A stretch of 64,000 nt of DNA from the human T2T-CHM13v2.0 reference genome, Homo sapiens. The DNA lies in the NCBI RefSeq assembly GCF_009914755.1, contig NC_060932.1. The stretch is one strand, 5' to 3'. How positions within the stretch are numbered: the stretch's first letter is position 1; the number at the start of each line of letters is the position of its first letter. The notes under the pieces are model-generated. The model was given only the letters and a program-made list of their open reading frames with translations, had not been told where the DNA came from and did not search any database. A program made the position numbers and the translations under genes. This document shows, in pieces, positions 28,463 through 47,388 of this stretch.

Positions 28463-28559
28463 CTTGGGGATAAAGGAGGGGAGGTATGGAGAACCTCTTT
28501 GAATGGATGTTACCGGGGTGTCAGTGTTCTTTGAGGCCACAGGCTATGTGTCACCAAAT

Positions 28560-29583
28560 TGAAGGGGTGGCCTGCCCCTCCACACCTGTGGGTATTTCTA
28601 GTCGGGTGGGATGAGAGACGGAGAAAAGAAATAAGACACAGAGACAAAGTACAGGGAAACAACAGTGGATCCAGGGGACCGGCACTCAGCACACCAGGAT
28701 TTGTACGTGCACTGGCCTCTGAGTTCCCTCAGTTTTTATTGATTATGATTTTCATTATTTCAGCAAAAAGGAATGTAATAGGAGAGCAGGGTGATAATAA
28801 GGAGAAGGTCAACAAAAAACATGTGAGCAAAAGAATCTATATCATAATTAAGTTCAAGGGAAGGTACTATGACTGGACTTGCACGTAGGCCAGATTTATG
28901 TTTCTCTCCACCCAAACATCTCAGTGGAGTAAAGAATAACAAGGCAGTGTTACTGCAACATGTCTCGCCTCCCGCCACAGGACAGCTTTTCTCCTAGCTC
29001 AGACTTGAACAAATGTACAATCGGGTTTACACCGAGACATTCAGTTCCCAGGGGCAAGCAGGAGATAGTGGCCTTCCTCCATCTCAACTGCAAGAGGCTT
29101 TCCTCTTTTCCTAATCCGCCTCAGCACAGACCCTTTACAGGTGTCAGGCTGGGGGACAATCAGGTCTTTCTCATCCCACGAGGCCATATTTCAGACTATC
29201 ACATGGGGAGAAACCTTGGACAATACCCTGCTTTCAAGGGCAGGGCTCCCTGCGGCTTTCCACGGTGCATTGTTCCCGTGGTTTATTGTGACTAGAGAAT
29301 GGCAATGACTTTTACCAAGTATACTGCTTGTAAATATTTGGTTAACAAGGCACGTCCTGCACAGCCCTAGATCCCTCAAACCTTGATTTTATACAACACA
29401 TGTTTTTGTGAACTCCAAGTTGGGGCAAAGTGACTGGGACAAAGTGGCTGGGGCAAAGCTACAAATGAACAACATCTCAGCAAAGCAATTGTTAGAGTAC
29501 AGGTCTTTTTCAAAATGGAGTCTCTTATGTCTTCCCTTTCTACATAGACACAGTGACAGTCTGATCTCTCTCTTTTCCCTACA
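28560..29583 (-). mobile_element. HERV-K 3' LTR (LTR5A-like)
   Basis: TGTAGGGAAAAG...CCCCTTCA; preceded by PPT AAAAGAAAAGCGGGAAA (29600-29584). Confidence 0.95.
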
Positions 29584-31599
29584 TTTCCCGCTTTTCTTTT
29601 TGACAAAACCGCCATGGTCATCATGGTCCCTTCTCGCTGGTCGCTGTCTCTCCGGAGCTGCTGGATACACCTGTAGACTAACAATAGAGAGGACAGACAT
29701 ACAAGAATTAATACAAAATTTGCAATAGTGGAATTTCCAATGGTTTTAACCCAAGTGACAGGGTTAAGATTTGTGAGGCTATCAACAGCTTTTACCATTG
29801 CCTCCGTTTCTGACATCAGATTTAACTGGGCTTTTGATGTTTCAAAAATTTGTTCTTTCAATTTAGAAATATCTAAGGTAAGATTATCTTCTCTTCCTTG
29901 TAGATGGCGTCTAACCATGTCCCAGTGCTGTTCAGATTCATTATAGGCTCGAGGTGTAATACAAAAATCTGATGTATTCCAGTCACACTGTAACTGAAAA
30001 AGATATTCTAAGCTCATGAGCCTATCTCCCATCCAAATAACAGTTTGTCTAAGATCATTAATTTGATTTGCCAATTTTTGACCCATTTGAGTCTAAGAAT
30101 TCCACAATTTTGAGGAATTCTTTTGCCAATTATTCACATATTCTGCAGTTTGAACAGAGGAGTGTAAAGCAATTCCAGCAGCCACAGCAGTAGCTGTGAC
30201 TGCAATAAGACCCATAATCACTGCAATCAAAGTAAAAATGAATCTTTTAAATCTAATTAGAACTCCTTTTAATACTTAAGTTATGTACGGATGGAGAAGC
30301 CTCCCACGGTCGATCCATGGACACAGGGATCCACACGCCTTCTCTTGCCCTTACTAACAGAATAGCATTCTGCCAATCAAAAGTTGAATCAATGCAAGTA
30401 AACAATCTACAATTTTCACTGGTTGTAGTTTGGGAATCTGGTTTAATAGCTATGTTTTCTACAACTAGCATATAAGGAGGTTTTACACAACTTTGCAAAG
30501 GAATTTTCAGATTGGAATTTAGGTTAATAATTAATATGGCTTATGATTTCTTGTTCCCATAACTTGATTTCCAGACCAAATTCTAATGTGGTACGAGGCC
30601 ACAGTGAGCTTCCATAATTCTGGGTGTTCAGGACCAAAAACAGGACTAACTAACTTTGGTCGGGGTGATGAAATCCTCTTTTCACCCCATTTCCATGGAT
30701 AGGGTGATTCTAGCCTTCTATAAACCTGGTCTAGCCTTTTAGTTAAATCACTATCACAGGCCGGATTAGTGGGCCAGACACATGGAGCCTGTGAACATGA
30801 GTGGGTCTGGCCCATACAGTCATAATATAATTGGCCTTGAGGGGCCTAGTCTATAATAGTTTCAAATTTATTGTTTTGTAGTACCACTGCAGTATCAGCC
30901 ACACATTCTTCCCAAACTAAGACTACTGGGTCTTTTGATTCTTTTGGAATTTCCTTGGGGCATGGTTTCCCTTTAGGCCTAAATTTTAATGATCTTTGAT
31001 AGGAAGAATTCTGTAAATTATTCATTTGTGACCTGAGCGACATTCCTCTTATCATATGATAAGTAAATTTACTGGTGGCACTGACAGTAGGTACTTCTAT
31101 CAACCAAGTTTGGATTGTAGGCATTAAGCATCCTGGTGCTTTTCCCAGGCAAATAGGAGGATAATGATACCCAATGGAAATGTTTATCATCATTCCTTCT
31201 TCTTCAGGTTGGGCAGGGCCACGGTCATCTGTGGGGCCTGGTACCCATGCACTGTTATTAACATATACTTCAATAGGATTATCTATCCAAGTGACTGCTC
31301 GAATTAAGGGTGAGAAAATCACATAGGCCCAGTAAGTATAGTTAGCTGTAGCGGCTCCTGAAGACATAGGGAGACTTATCACCGCTGATACAATCATTAA
31401 ATCTGCAAGTAGCATATTCTCTGGAGTTTGTGTTACCCTTGTGTTTTCCAGGCTTTTTTCAGCTAACTGTGTCAGCTTCTTTAGCTGGGCCCAGGTCGGC
31501 GGCCCCACTTTCTTGGTGGATGGCAACTTCATCTGTTCTTCTGATATCACTATTTTGTTCACCCTGCGAGTCGATGATGTTCGATTGCGGGTTCTCTGT

Positions 31600-35200
<3,601 letters not shown>

Positions 35201-37052
35201 GCCCAATGTTTTCCTTTTCCACATCTTGGACACAGGCCAGGTGGCTCTATTTTTTTTTCTTCTTCTTCTTCTTTTTTTTTTTTTTTGCTGTTTATTTAAG
35301 CCTGGGCAATTCTTTTTTAGATGACCGATTTGACCACAATTATAACATTTTCCCCCAAATGTTTTAACTTGTCCTCCTAAAGCAACCCCTGTAATTGCTT
35401 AAGCCGATAGCATTGCCTTATGCATAGCTCCCCCAATCCCATCACAAACCTTCACATATTCTGTAATTACATCAACTCCTGCTGAAACATTTCCTCTTAA
35501 TGGCTTTATGGCTGATTGACACTCTGAATTTGCGTTTTGATAAGCCATTATTTCTACAATAACTTTTCGGGCGTTACCTGCAATGGATTTTTGAGCTGCA
35601 TCTTGCAACCTTGCCACAAAGTCTGGATATGGCTCTTTAGATCCTTGTCTGATTGAACTAAAAGAAGGGCATGAGGTTCCTGGGTCCTGAATGTTTTCCC
35701 AGGCCCTGAGGCAAATAGCCCTTATAGTTGTTCAATAGCCTCATTTTCATTACTGATTGTTGGTTAATAGTGTCCCAGTTTGGACCTCTTCCTAGCAATT
35801 GGTCTTCATCTATATAAGCAACAGGATTAGTAGCCTGATTTTTTCGTACCTGTTCTTGTACCCCATCAATCCACCAGGTTTTAAACTGGAGATACTGAGA
35901 GGGTGAAAGGGAAGATTTAGCCAGAATTTCCCAATCATAAGAAATAAGTCTATTTCCATGAGCAATGGAATTTAATAATGTTCTCATATAAGGAGAGTTA
36001 GGTCCATATTGTTTAACTCCTGCTTGACTGCCTTTCCCGGCCGGCATCGGTTGTAACATTACCGGATATTGCCATGCCTCAAGATCTCCCTGTTTTCTGG
36101 CTGTAGCAATGGTCTCATGCAGTGCACTATCTTGTCCACTAGGTGGTACCGTAAGATCAAACGCCATCGCCGTGGGTTGTTGATATAGTGCCTTGCTATT
36201 TGGCACAGGACGCACCGCCTGAGATCCATACTGAACCTCTGGAGACGGCGGATACTGAAATGCGGCTGGCGGCTGGTGTTGATAAACTACCGATGGTTGG
36301 GTTTTATTTTCTACTGGCTGGTATTGCGGATACTGTGCCTGGATTGGCATTTGAGATTGTGACATCACAGGCATCTGAACCGCGGGAGAAGGAGTTGGTG
36401 GCCATCGTGTTCTAAACTCTGATGGTCCAAATAATTCTGGACCTCCTTCCCCCAATTTTGATGATTCAGGATATATTACCTCCTGTAATTGATTATAGTC
36501 AACATTCTGCATTGACCAAGTCAGTACAGGCTCTACTGCATTTTTACAATGTGAACTTTCCATTCCTTTCTTAAACTCTGTTCCTGCCTCTTCTTCACAA
36601 TCTATTACACAGCTTTCAGGGGCATCAAAGACTGAAACCCTATCTTCTTCTATTTGAAATTGTTCTAAAGTTGCTTTAATAGTGGCCCAATCATTCCATA
36701 CTGTAAGTGGGATGATTTTACCTTCCCTAATTGCTTGTTTTAGTTCTTTGCCAATTTTTTCCCAATCTTTTAAATCTAAAGTTCCCTTTTCTGGAAACCT
36801 TGGGCAGAATTGTTCTATTGTTTGAAATAGCGTAACTAGATTTTCTGTAGAAGCTTTAACTCCCCCTCTTCTTAAGAGAATTTTAATGAAGCTGAGATAA
36901 GAAGCATATTTACTTTCAGTTTGCCCCATTGTTATCCTGGATTCCTCCCAGCACACAAGCTAACCGCAAGGCTGACTGTGGACGTACTCGGGAATCTCTC
37001 ATCGGCTGTCCTCAATGCTCACGTTCTTAGCGTACCTTCACCCTAGAGAAGG

Positions 37053-37070
37053 GCCCCACGCTGGGCTCCA
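37053..37070 (-). promoter_or_regulatory. HERV-K primer binding site (tRNA-Lys)
   Basis: TGGAGCCCAGCGTGGGGC, two mismatches from TGGCGCCCAACGTGGGGC. Confidence 0.88.
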
Positions 37071-37072
37071 GA

Positions 37073-38099
37073 TGAAGGGGTGGTCTGCCCCTCCACACCT
37101 GTGGGTATTTCTAGTCAGGTGGGATGAGAGACGGAGAAAAGAAATAAGACACAGAGACAAAGTATAGAGAAACATCAGTGGGTCCAGGGGACCGGCACTC
37201 AGCACACCAAGGACATGCACAGGCACCGGCCTCTGAGTTCCCTCAGTTTTTATTGATTATGATTTTCATTATTTCAGCAAAAAGGAATATACTAGGAAAG
37301 CAGGGTGATAATAAGGAGGTCAACAAAAAACATGTGAGCAAAAGAATCTATATCATAATTAAGTTCAAGGGAAGGTACTATGACTGGACGTGTACGTAAG
37401 CCAGATTTATGTTTCTCTCCACCCAAAAATCTCAGTGGAGTAAAGAATAACAAGGCAGCATTGCTGCAAACATGTCTTGCCTCCCATCACAGGGCAGCTT
37501 TTCTCCGATCTCAGACTTAAACAAATGTACAATCGGGTTTTACACCGAGACTTTGAGTTCCCAGGGGCAGGCAGGAGACAGTGGCCTTCCTCCATCTCAA
37601 CTGCAAGAGGCTTTCCTCTTTTACTAATTCACCTCACCACAGACCCTTTATGGGTATCGGGCTGGGGAACAGTCAGGTCTTTCTCATCCCACGAGGCCAT
37701 ATTTCAGATTATCACATGGGGAGAAACCTTGGACAATACCCTGCTTTCAAGGGCAGAGGTCCCTGCGGCTTTCCACAGTGTATTGTGCCCCTGGTTTATT
37801 GAGACTAGAGAATGGCAATGACTTTTACCAAGTATACTGCTTGTAAACATTTGGTTAACAAGGCACGTCCTGCACAGCCCTAGATCCCTCAAACCTTGAT
37901 TTTATACAACACATGTTTTTGTGAACTCCAAGTTGGGTCAAAGTGGTTGGGGCAAAGTGGCTGGGGCAAAGCTACAAATGAACAACATCTCTGCAAAGCA
38001 ATTGTTTTAAGTACAGATCTTTTTCAAAATGGAGTCTCTTATGTCTTCCCTTTCGACATAGACACAGTGACAGTCGGATCTCTCTTTCTTTTCCCTACA
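37073..38099 (-). mobile_element. HERV-K 5' LTR (LTR5A-like)
   Basis: Direct repeat of 28560-29583. Confidence 0.95.
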
Positions 38100-38315
38100 C
38101 AAATAAAGAGCCCAGTGCCTTTTCTCATTGCTCAAGAGATTGAAGGGGTAGGAAGAAAAGATGTTAAGTTATAAACATGTTTCAGTTTTGGTACCACTTG
38201 AGCCAATTTATGTTTTGAAGAGGAAAGGGTCTTGCCTACAAAGTCAGTCCCTGGGTTTTCCTTCTGCTTATGGAATCCAGGCAATGGGCAAAGAGAAAAA
38301 GAAAACTAAGGAATC

Positions 38316-38628
38316 AGCCAGATGCAGTGGCTCATGCTTGTAATCTTGGCCCTTTGGGAGGTTGAGGCAGGCGGACTTCTTGAGTCCAGGAGTTCAAGAC
38401 CAGCCTGGCCCACATAGCGAGACCCCGTTTCTACAAAAAATACAAAAAGGTGCTGAGCATGGTGGCATGCACCTGTAGTTCCAGTTACTTGGGAGGCTGA
38501 GGTGGGAGAACTACTTCAGCCCAGGAGGTTGAGGCTGCAGTGAGCCATGATTGTGCCACTATACTCCAGCCTGGGTGACAGAGTGAGGTCCTGTCTCAAA
38601 AGAAAACAAAAAAGATAAGAAAAAGAAA
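38316..38628 (+). mobile_element. AluJ-like
   Basis: Dimeric Alu. Confidence 0.9.
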
Positions 38629-38700
38629 ACTAGGGAATCTGGACAGAATAAGTTTATATATATAATAAAGAACTGAGATAGAACTGGGTTGACTGAATAA

Positions 38701-39106
<406 letters not shown>

Positions 39107-39947
39107 TAGAGTCTACCATTCTTTGAATTCACTGCAGTGCAAAGACTGGAACATGTGGAACTCCAGGTGTATATGGGTTATGTAGAGATGCTAGGGGCAG
39201 ATTAAGGAAGGAAAGATATGAGAAGCCTGCAGAGCATGCTTTCCCAGACTGTATGGGCCCTGGGAAAGGAGAAGTGGACAGAAAGGGAGCACTAGGTACC
39301 CTGGAAGAGAAGATTCATCGAAGTCATCAGGGAAGTTACTAATGTAAGGGAAAAAATTTAGAGACAGGGCCAAACACGCTTCTTCCAAGTCCTTTCTGTC
39401 TGCTCAGTCACCTCTATGCTTATTTTTCTTCTTTCCTCTAAGTAGTGTCATGCGTTTTCTTCCTATTCCTAGTCGCTCCTAGTCAACTAACTCCTCTCTT
39501 TACCATCTTTTCATCAGAACTTGAAACCTCCTCTCCTTCATGTATTAGTGATCATGTTTCTCCATAATACTGCTAGAAACAAGAATTGAAACCTGGAAAA
39601 CCTGCATTTGAGAACCAGATCTCCCTCTGCTAGCTATTTGAGAAGTTATTTTGTTCCATTCTTTTTGTTGTTGTCGAAACAGGGTCTCACTCTGTCGCCC
39701 AGGCTAGAGTGCAGTGGTTCAATCTTGGCTCACTGCAGCCTCAATCTCCTGGGCTCAATCAATCCTTCCACATCAGCCTCCTGAGTAGCTGAAACTACAG
39801 GTGTGTGCCACCACAGCTGGCTAATTTTTAATGCTTTTTTTTTGTTTACTTATTTTTTTTTTTTTGTAGAGATGGTGTCTTGCTATGTTGTGTAGGCTGG
39901 TCTCAAACACATGGGCTCAAGCGATCCTCCTGCCTTGGCCTCTCAGA

Positions 39948-40965
39948 TGAAATGGGAAAAGTTCTGTTGTCCCCCTCGAAGGGCATGCGATGCGGGTGTG
40001 GTTCGTTTATTCAGTGCCCCACTGCTCAAACCTCTAGGAGAGCATGCAGACAGGCAGGGAGACCCATGGCAGTGTCCAGGGGTGAATGTTTATAGTTGAA
40101 GCCCCAGTGGGCGTGTGTTACAGGGTGCTCTTTTAGTTTAGCCGTCTGTAGGTAGCTTGTGTTAGTCGGCTCAATTAGACCCCTGCCTTATTGCAAGGAG
40201 AGAGGGCTCTCTTTGTCCCGGGGTTCTTGCCTTGGTGTACCAGAAGTGGTGTGATCTCAGCTCACTGCAAGCTCCTACTCCTGGGTTCACGCCATTCTCC
40301 TGCCTCAGCCTTCCAAGTAGCTGGGACTACAGGCACCCGCCACCACGCCTGGCTAATTTTTTTGTATTTTTAGTAGAGATGGGGTTTCACTGTGTTAGCC
40401 AGGATGGTCTGGATCTCCTGACCTCGTGATCTGCCCGCCTCGGCCTCCCAAAGTTCTGGGATTACAGGCGTGAGAGTGCAAGGTTTTATTGAGTGGAAGT
40501 ATCTCTCAGCAGATGGGCGTGCCAGAAGGGAGATGGTTTACCCCTGGAGTTGGATGAGTGGCCGGACTCTTCTCCGAATGTCCCAGCCAAACTCTGCGTT
40601 GTTCTGCAGTCAGTGGCCTGCGGTGTGACGGTGCCCATTGGTGCGTTCCTGTTGAAGTCCAGCACCCTTGTGTTCCTCTGCTGATGTGCTCCTCTCAAAG
40701 TCCAGCTGCCTGTGTCTGCCTGCTAGGGTCTCAGGGTTTTTATAGGCACAGAATGGGGGTGTGGCAGCCAGGGTGGTCTTGGGAAATGCAACATCTGGGC
40801 AGGAAAACAAAAATGCCAGTCCTCACCTAGGTCCGTGGACACAGGCCCTGGGGTGGAGCCCTAGCCAGGGACCACACCCTCCTCTACCCAGTACTTCCCT
40901 TCCTCACTTCCATATCATTTAAAGGGACCACATTCTTCCCTTCTGAGCACTTCCCTTCTGTATCA
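39948..40965 (-). mobile_element. ERV1 solo LTR (LTR27/LTR28/MER52 group)
   Basis: TG...CA ends; near-TSD CAGA/CAAA; minus strand starts TGATACAGAAGGGAAGTGCT. Family from memory. Confidence 0.7.
40245..40474 (-). mobile_element. AluY internal fragment lacking tail and both ends
   Basis: AluY-type GCAAGCTCC, TTCACGCCATTC and TTAGCCAGGATGG; no poly-A and no TSD. Confidence 0.85.
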
Positions 40966-41188
40966 CAAAGTTTTGGGATTATAGGCATGAGGCACTGGTC
41001 CCAGCCAATTCCGTTCTTTTAATGCAAACTAGAAAATAGGTGTTCAGAAAGGCCTGCCCTATCCACCTCAGGGAGTTGCTATGAAGATCAAATTAGACCA
41101 TGTGCAACAGAAGTTTAGAAAAGATTCCAAAAGCACTGTGCAATGGGAATGTATTTTTAAACTCCACTGAGTGGACTTAAAACTATGG

Positions 41189-41513
<325 letters not shown>

Positions 41514-41693
41514 CGTGTGTTTCTTTTTCAAGCAAGAAAACAAATGCCTCTCCCCAGCGCTCACTAAACAAATCCCTCTGTTATTTTTTTTTCCATAGGA
41601 TTCTTATCCTTCTTGCCCCACTGCAAACAATCTATTTTCTTTTGGCCCTTCCGTCTGTCTGTGAAAGGGTCAGGCTTTCTAGCTAACCCTTAA

Positions 41694-42790
<1,097 letters not shown>

Positions 42791-43159
42791 AAAGGCAGAA
42801 CATCCTCATTTTCTTCCCTACCTCAGAAATAAAGAAGTTAACTTCAACCCCTCTGAGAGAGAGAGGCTTCCTGAGCTTCCAACAATCAATTATCCAAATA
42901 TTAGTCACAGAAGGGCACTAAGGGTTGTGCACAGCACGTGGCCAGCCCATTCTCTGAGTCTGTCAAGTTTAAGGTGAACGCTAATCCTGAATGAGTCTTA
43001 AAATGTACTTGGCATATCCTGTTCATTGTAAAATGTTCTCACATTGTGATGGCTGGGGCTTCCCTCTCAGGTGTAATCTGAGAAGTCAGACGTGACACAG
43101 CCTGGGTGAGGTGGGCCAAGCCGGGAACTGGGTTAGGAGGGAAGCTGGGGAATGATCTC

Positions 43160-43830
<671 letters not shown>

Positions 43831-44568
43831 TTAAGGCACACTTGAATGGGGGAGCAGTGAGGTGGCGCGGGCTAGCCGGCCAGAACCCAGGGGTGGGCCA
43901 GTAGGAACCAGCATTGCAGAGGTCATTAAGGCTGGGAAGCATAGTGTCTGGGGCCCATAACAATGCTTCGGCATGAATGCTTTAGACCTAAGACAATTGG
44001 CTCCTAAATGTGAAAACTGCAAGGCTGAAATGAATGCATGTTTAATGCCTTACAACATTGTCAAGTGATCAGCTGCAACTCCTTTCTGAGGGCATGATGC
44101 CTGAGATATGCCTGTAATGCGGGTTGATTTTAATTAATTTAATATGGTGTGGAGTGGGGCCTTCAAAAGTAAAGACGTCAGTTCTAAGTTGGTTGCAGGG
44201 TTCTGGGCAAAGGTCTTAAAACCCCATGGTGAGCAGATGGCCAATCCTGAACACCCCAATTTTAAAACAGGGCTTTTTTTCCAAGAGACTTTTTGAAAAT
44301 AGCTCCTATTTTGAGAGGAGGAACCCTGGCAGGAGAGAGCCAGAGTTAAGCCCAGCTGAGAGGGGGTTGGTAGGCAGGGGTCTGCCTGATCCTCACTGAA
44401 GCTTGATACTCAGGGTGAGCTTCCTAAACTAGTGCAGATTTGCCGGCCCACTGAGCCTCCCAGATGAGAACCTGCATTTCAACAAGGTCCTTGATGCAGC
44501 AAAGTTTGAGATATACTGGGCTAGAACACTCAGGGGACACAAAGGTTCTCTGAAAACTAAGGAAAATA

Positions 44569-45211
<643 letters not shown>

Positions 45212-45375
45212 ATACTGGGCTAGAAGACCCAGGAGACCCGAAGATTCTCTCAAAACTAAGGAAAATAATCTAGGTCACAAATATATTCTCTTCCTCCTTC
45301 TCCCCATTGCCCCCCTCCACCAGTAATCTTTATAGACTCAAATCGAGTTGATGTTCTATAATCAATTCTAGTCAC

Positions 45376-45515
45376 TTTTATTTGTATTTATTTATTTTAG
45401 AGATGGGGGTCTTACTATGTTGCTCAGGCTGGTCTCAAATTCCTGGGCTTAAGTGATCCACCCACCTAGGTCTCCCAAAGTGCTGGGATTACAGGCATCA
45501 GCCACTGCACCCGGC
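45376..45515 (-). mobile_element. Alu monomer (FLAM-like)
   Basis: TSD GTCACTTTTATTT. Confidence 0.85.
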
Positions 45516-45874
45516 TGTCACTTTTATTTTTGATGTTCAAATTATAAGCTAATACTTGTGAGACCATAGATTCTTTTTATGCACTCAATACACTTTCTTG
45601 TTTACCTTATATTTGTATTATGGAAAAGTTCTGTTTTTTCCACTTGTTTATATTTGATAATGAAGCCCTCTGTGCCTATCACCAGCCTCAGCCGCCATCA
45701 TCTCATTACCAAGCTGGGTTATTTTGAAACAAATATCTTCTAATATTTAGCCGGTGTTCAAATTTCCCTAACCATCCTAAAGGAATGTTTAGAACAGTTG
45801 TTTCATTGGAAACAAGGTCAAAACAAATACATTTTACATTTTTAGGCCAGTCTTGAAAGTAAGTGTAAAACCAT

Positions 45875-45955
45875 GTGTGGGGTAGGAGGTGGGACTAGAC
45901 TCTCAAGGTGGGGCCTGGATACCAGACCCAGTTGAGGACTAGCTAAGACAGATTC
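45875..45955 (+). mobile_element. MER93-like LTR 5' fragment
   Basis: Similar to the reverse complement of 16150-16215 in this window. Confidence 0.55.
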
Positions 45956-46065
45956 CACAGTGAATAACACCAGGAGGTGGGAATATTAAGGTCCATTGTG
46001 AAGGATGGCTACCACAATTTTTTGATCAACTAGTTATCAACCCTGACTGAAGCTGAGAGAGATTT

Positions 46066-46207
46066 GTTTTTGCTTTTTTTTCTTTTTTTTCAGAGACAGG
46101 GTCTTGCTACGTTGCCCAGGCTGGACTCAAACTCCTGGGCTCAGGTGATTCTTCTGCCTTAGCCTCCTGAGTAGCTGAGACTACAGGTGTGTGCCACTGT
46201 GCCCAGC
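46066..46207 (-). mobile_element. Alu monomer
   Basis: Single arm with poly-T. Confidence 0.8.
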
Positions 46208-47046
46208 AAGATTTTAAAAAATACGTATGCCCGGACACCACTCTAAACCAACTAAATGAGAATCAGATATCGTGAAGTCACTAATCATTTTGCTCCTGGG
46301 TCTTTATGACAGTTTTGCTCCTGGGAAACTCCTGGGAATGTGGTAGAGAGAGAGAAAGAGATGGGAAAATAAGATTTTAAGAAGTGTTGCTATGCATTTT
46401 GAAAATAATTTTTATTTGGTGTTTGTCTTGAGGGAAGGCGGTAAACATTTCAATTGCCTTTAAGTGTGCTTGGATGCTGGAACGATGGTTCTTTGAATGC
46501 AGCGTCAAACTGGCATTGGGTCACATGGCAGCCAGCATTAACCTTTATGCCACATTTATAAAACATGAATGTCATGAGCCCACTCTCAGAGACCTTATAA
46601 TTTGGAGGGTTAGGTCAGATCCACAAATCTCTTCTATCTCATGGCAAAGGAAACCTGGCGTGTAGCAGGAGATGGTGTGATAACAATAACATATTGCATG
46701 ATCAGTATTTGTATTCTTCTTAGCAATATTAAACTTTTTGACCTCCTCCATTGTGTCATCAATTTGCTTAATACAGTTTCTGCCTCAGCGTCTGTTTTTA
46801 GGCCTGGCATAAGCTGTTTGAAACCCAGGCACATACCCCACCCATCATCTTTGGCCTAGTTAACACCTCCCCTCCCTGCGTGGTGGTTTGGAGAACCTGC
46901 TTGTTCCTCATCCCACTGATCCCAAACCCAGGACACCCCACAGCTGCTGACCAGGATTAAACCTAAGGGAGATTTAATGCCGTTAAATCAGAAGAAATTC
47001 TGATTCTCAGGGACTGACATTCATTCACTTAAATACTTGCAGAGTC

Positions 47047-47360
<314 letters not shown>

Positions 47361-47388
47361 TTAGGAAACCATGTAGTCTACAGCTTAA

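Larger units (their letters stand above)
39662..41006 (-). mobile_element. AluJ split by an ERV1 LTR
   Basis: Alu ...GGCCTCTCAGA (ends 39947) resumes CAAAGTTTTGGGATT at 40966. Confidence 0.85.
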
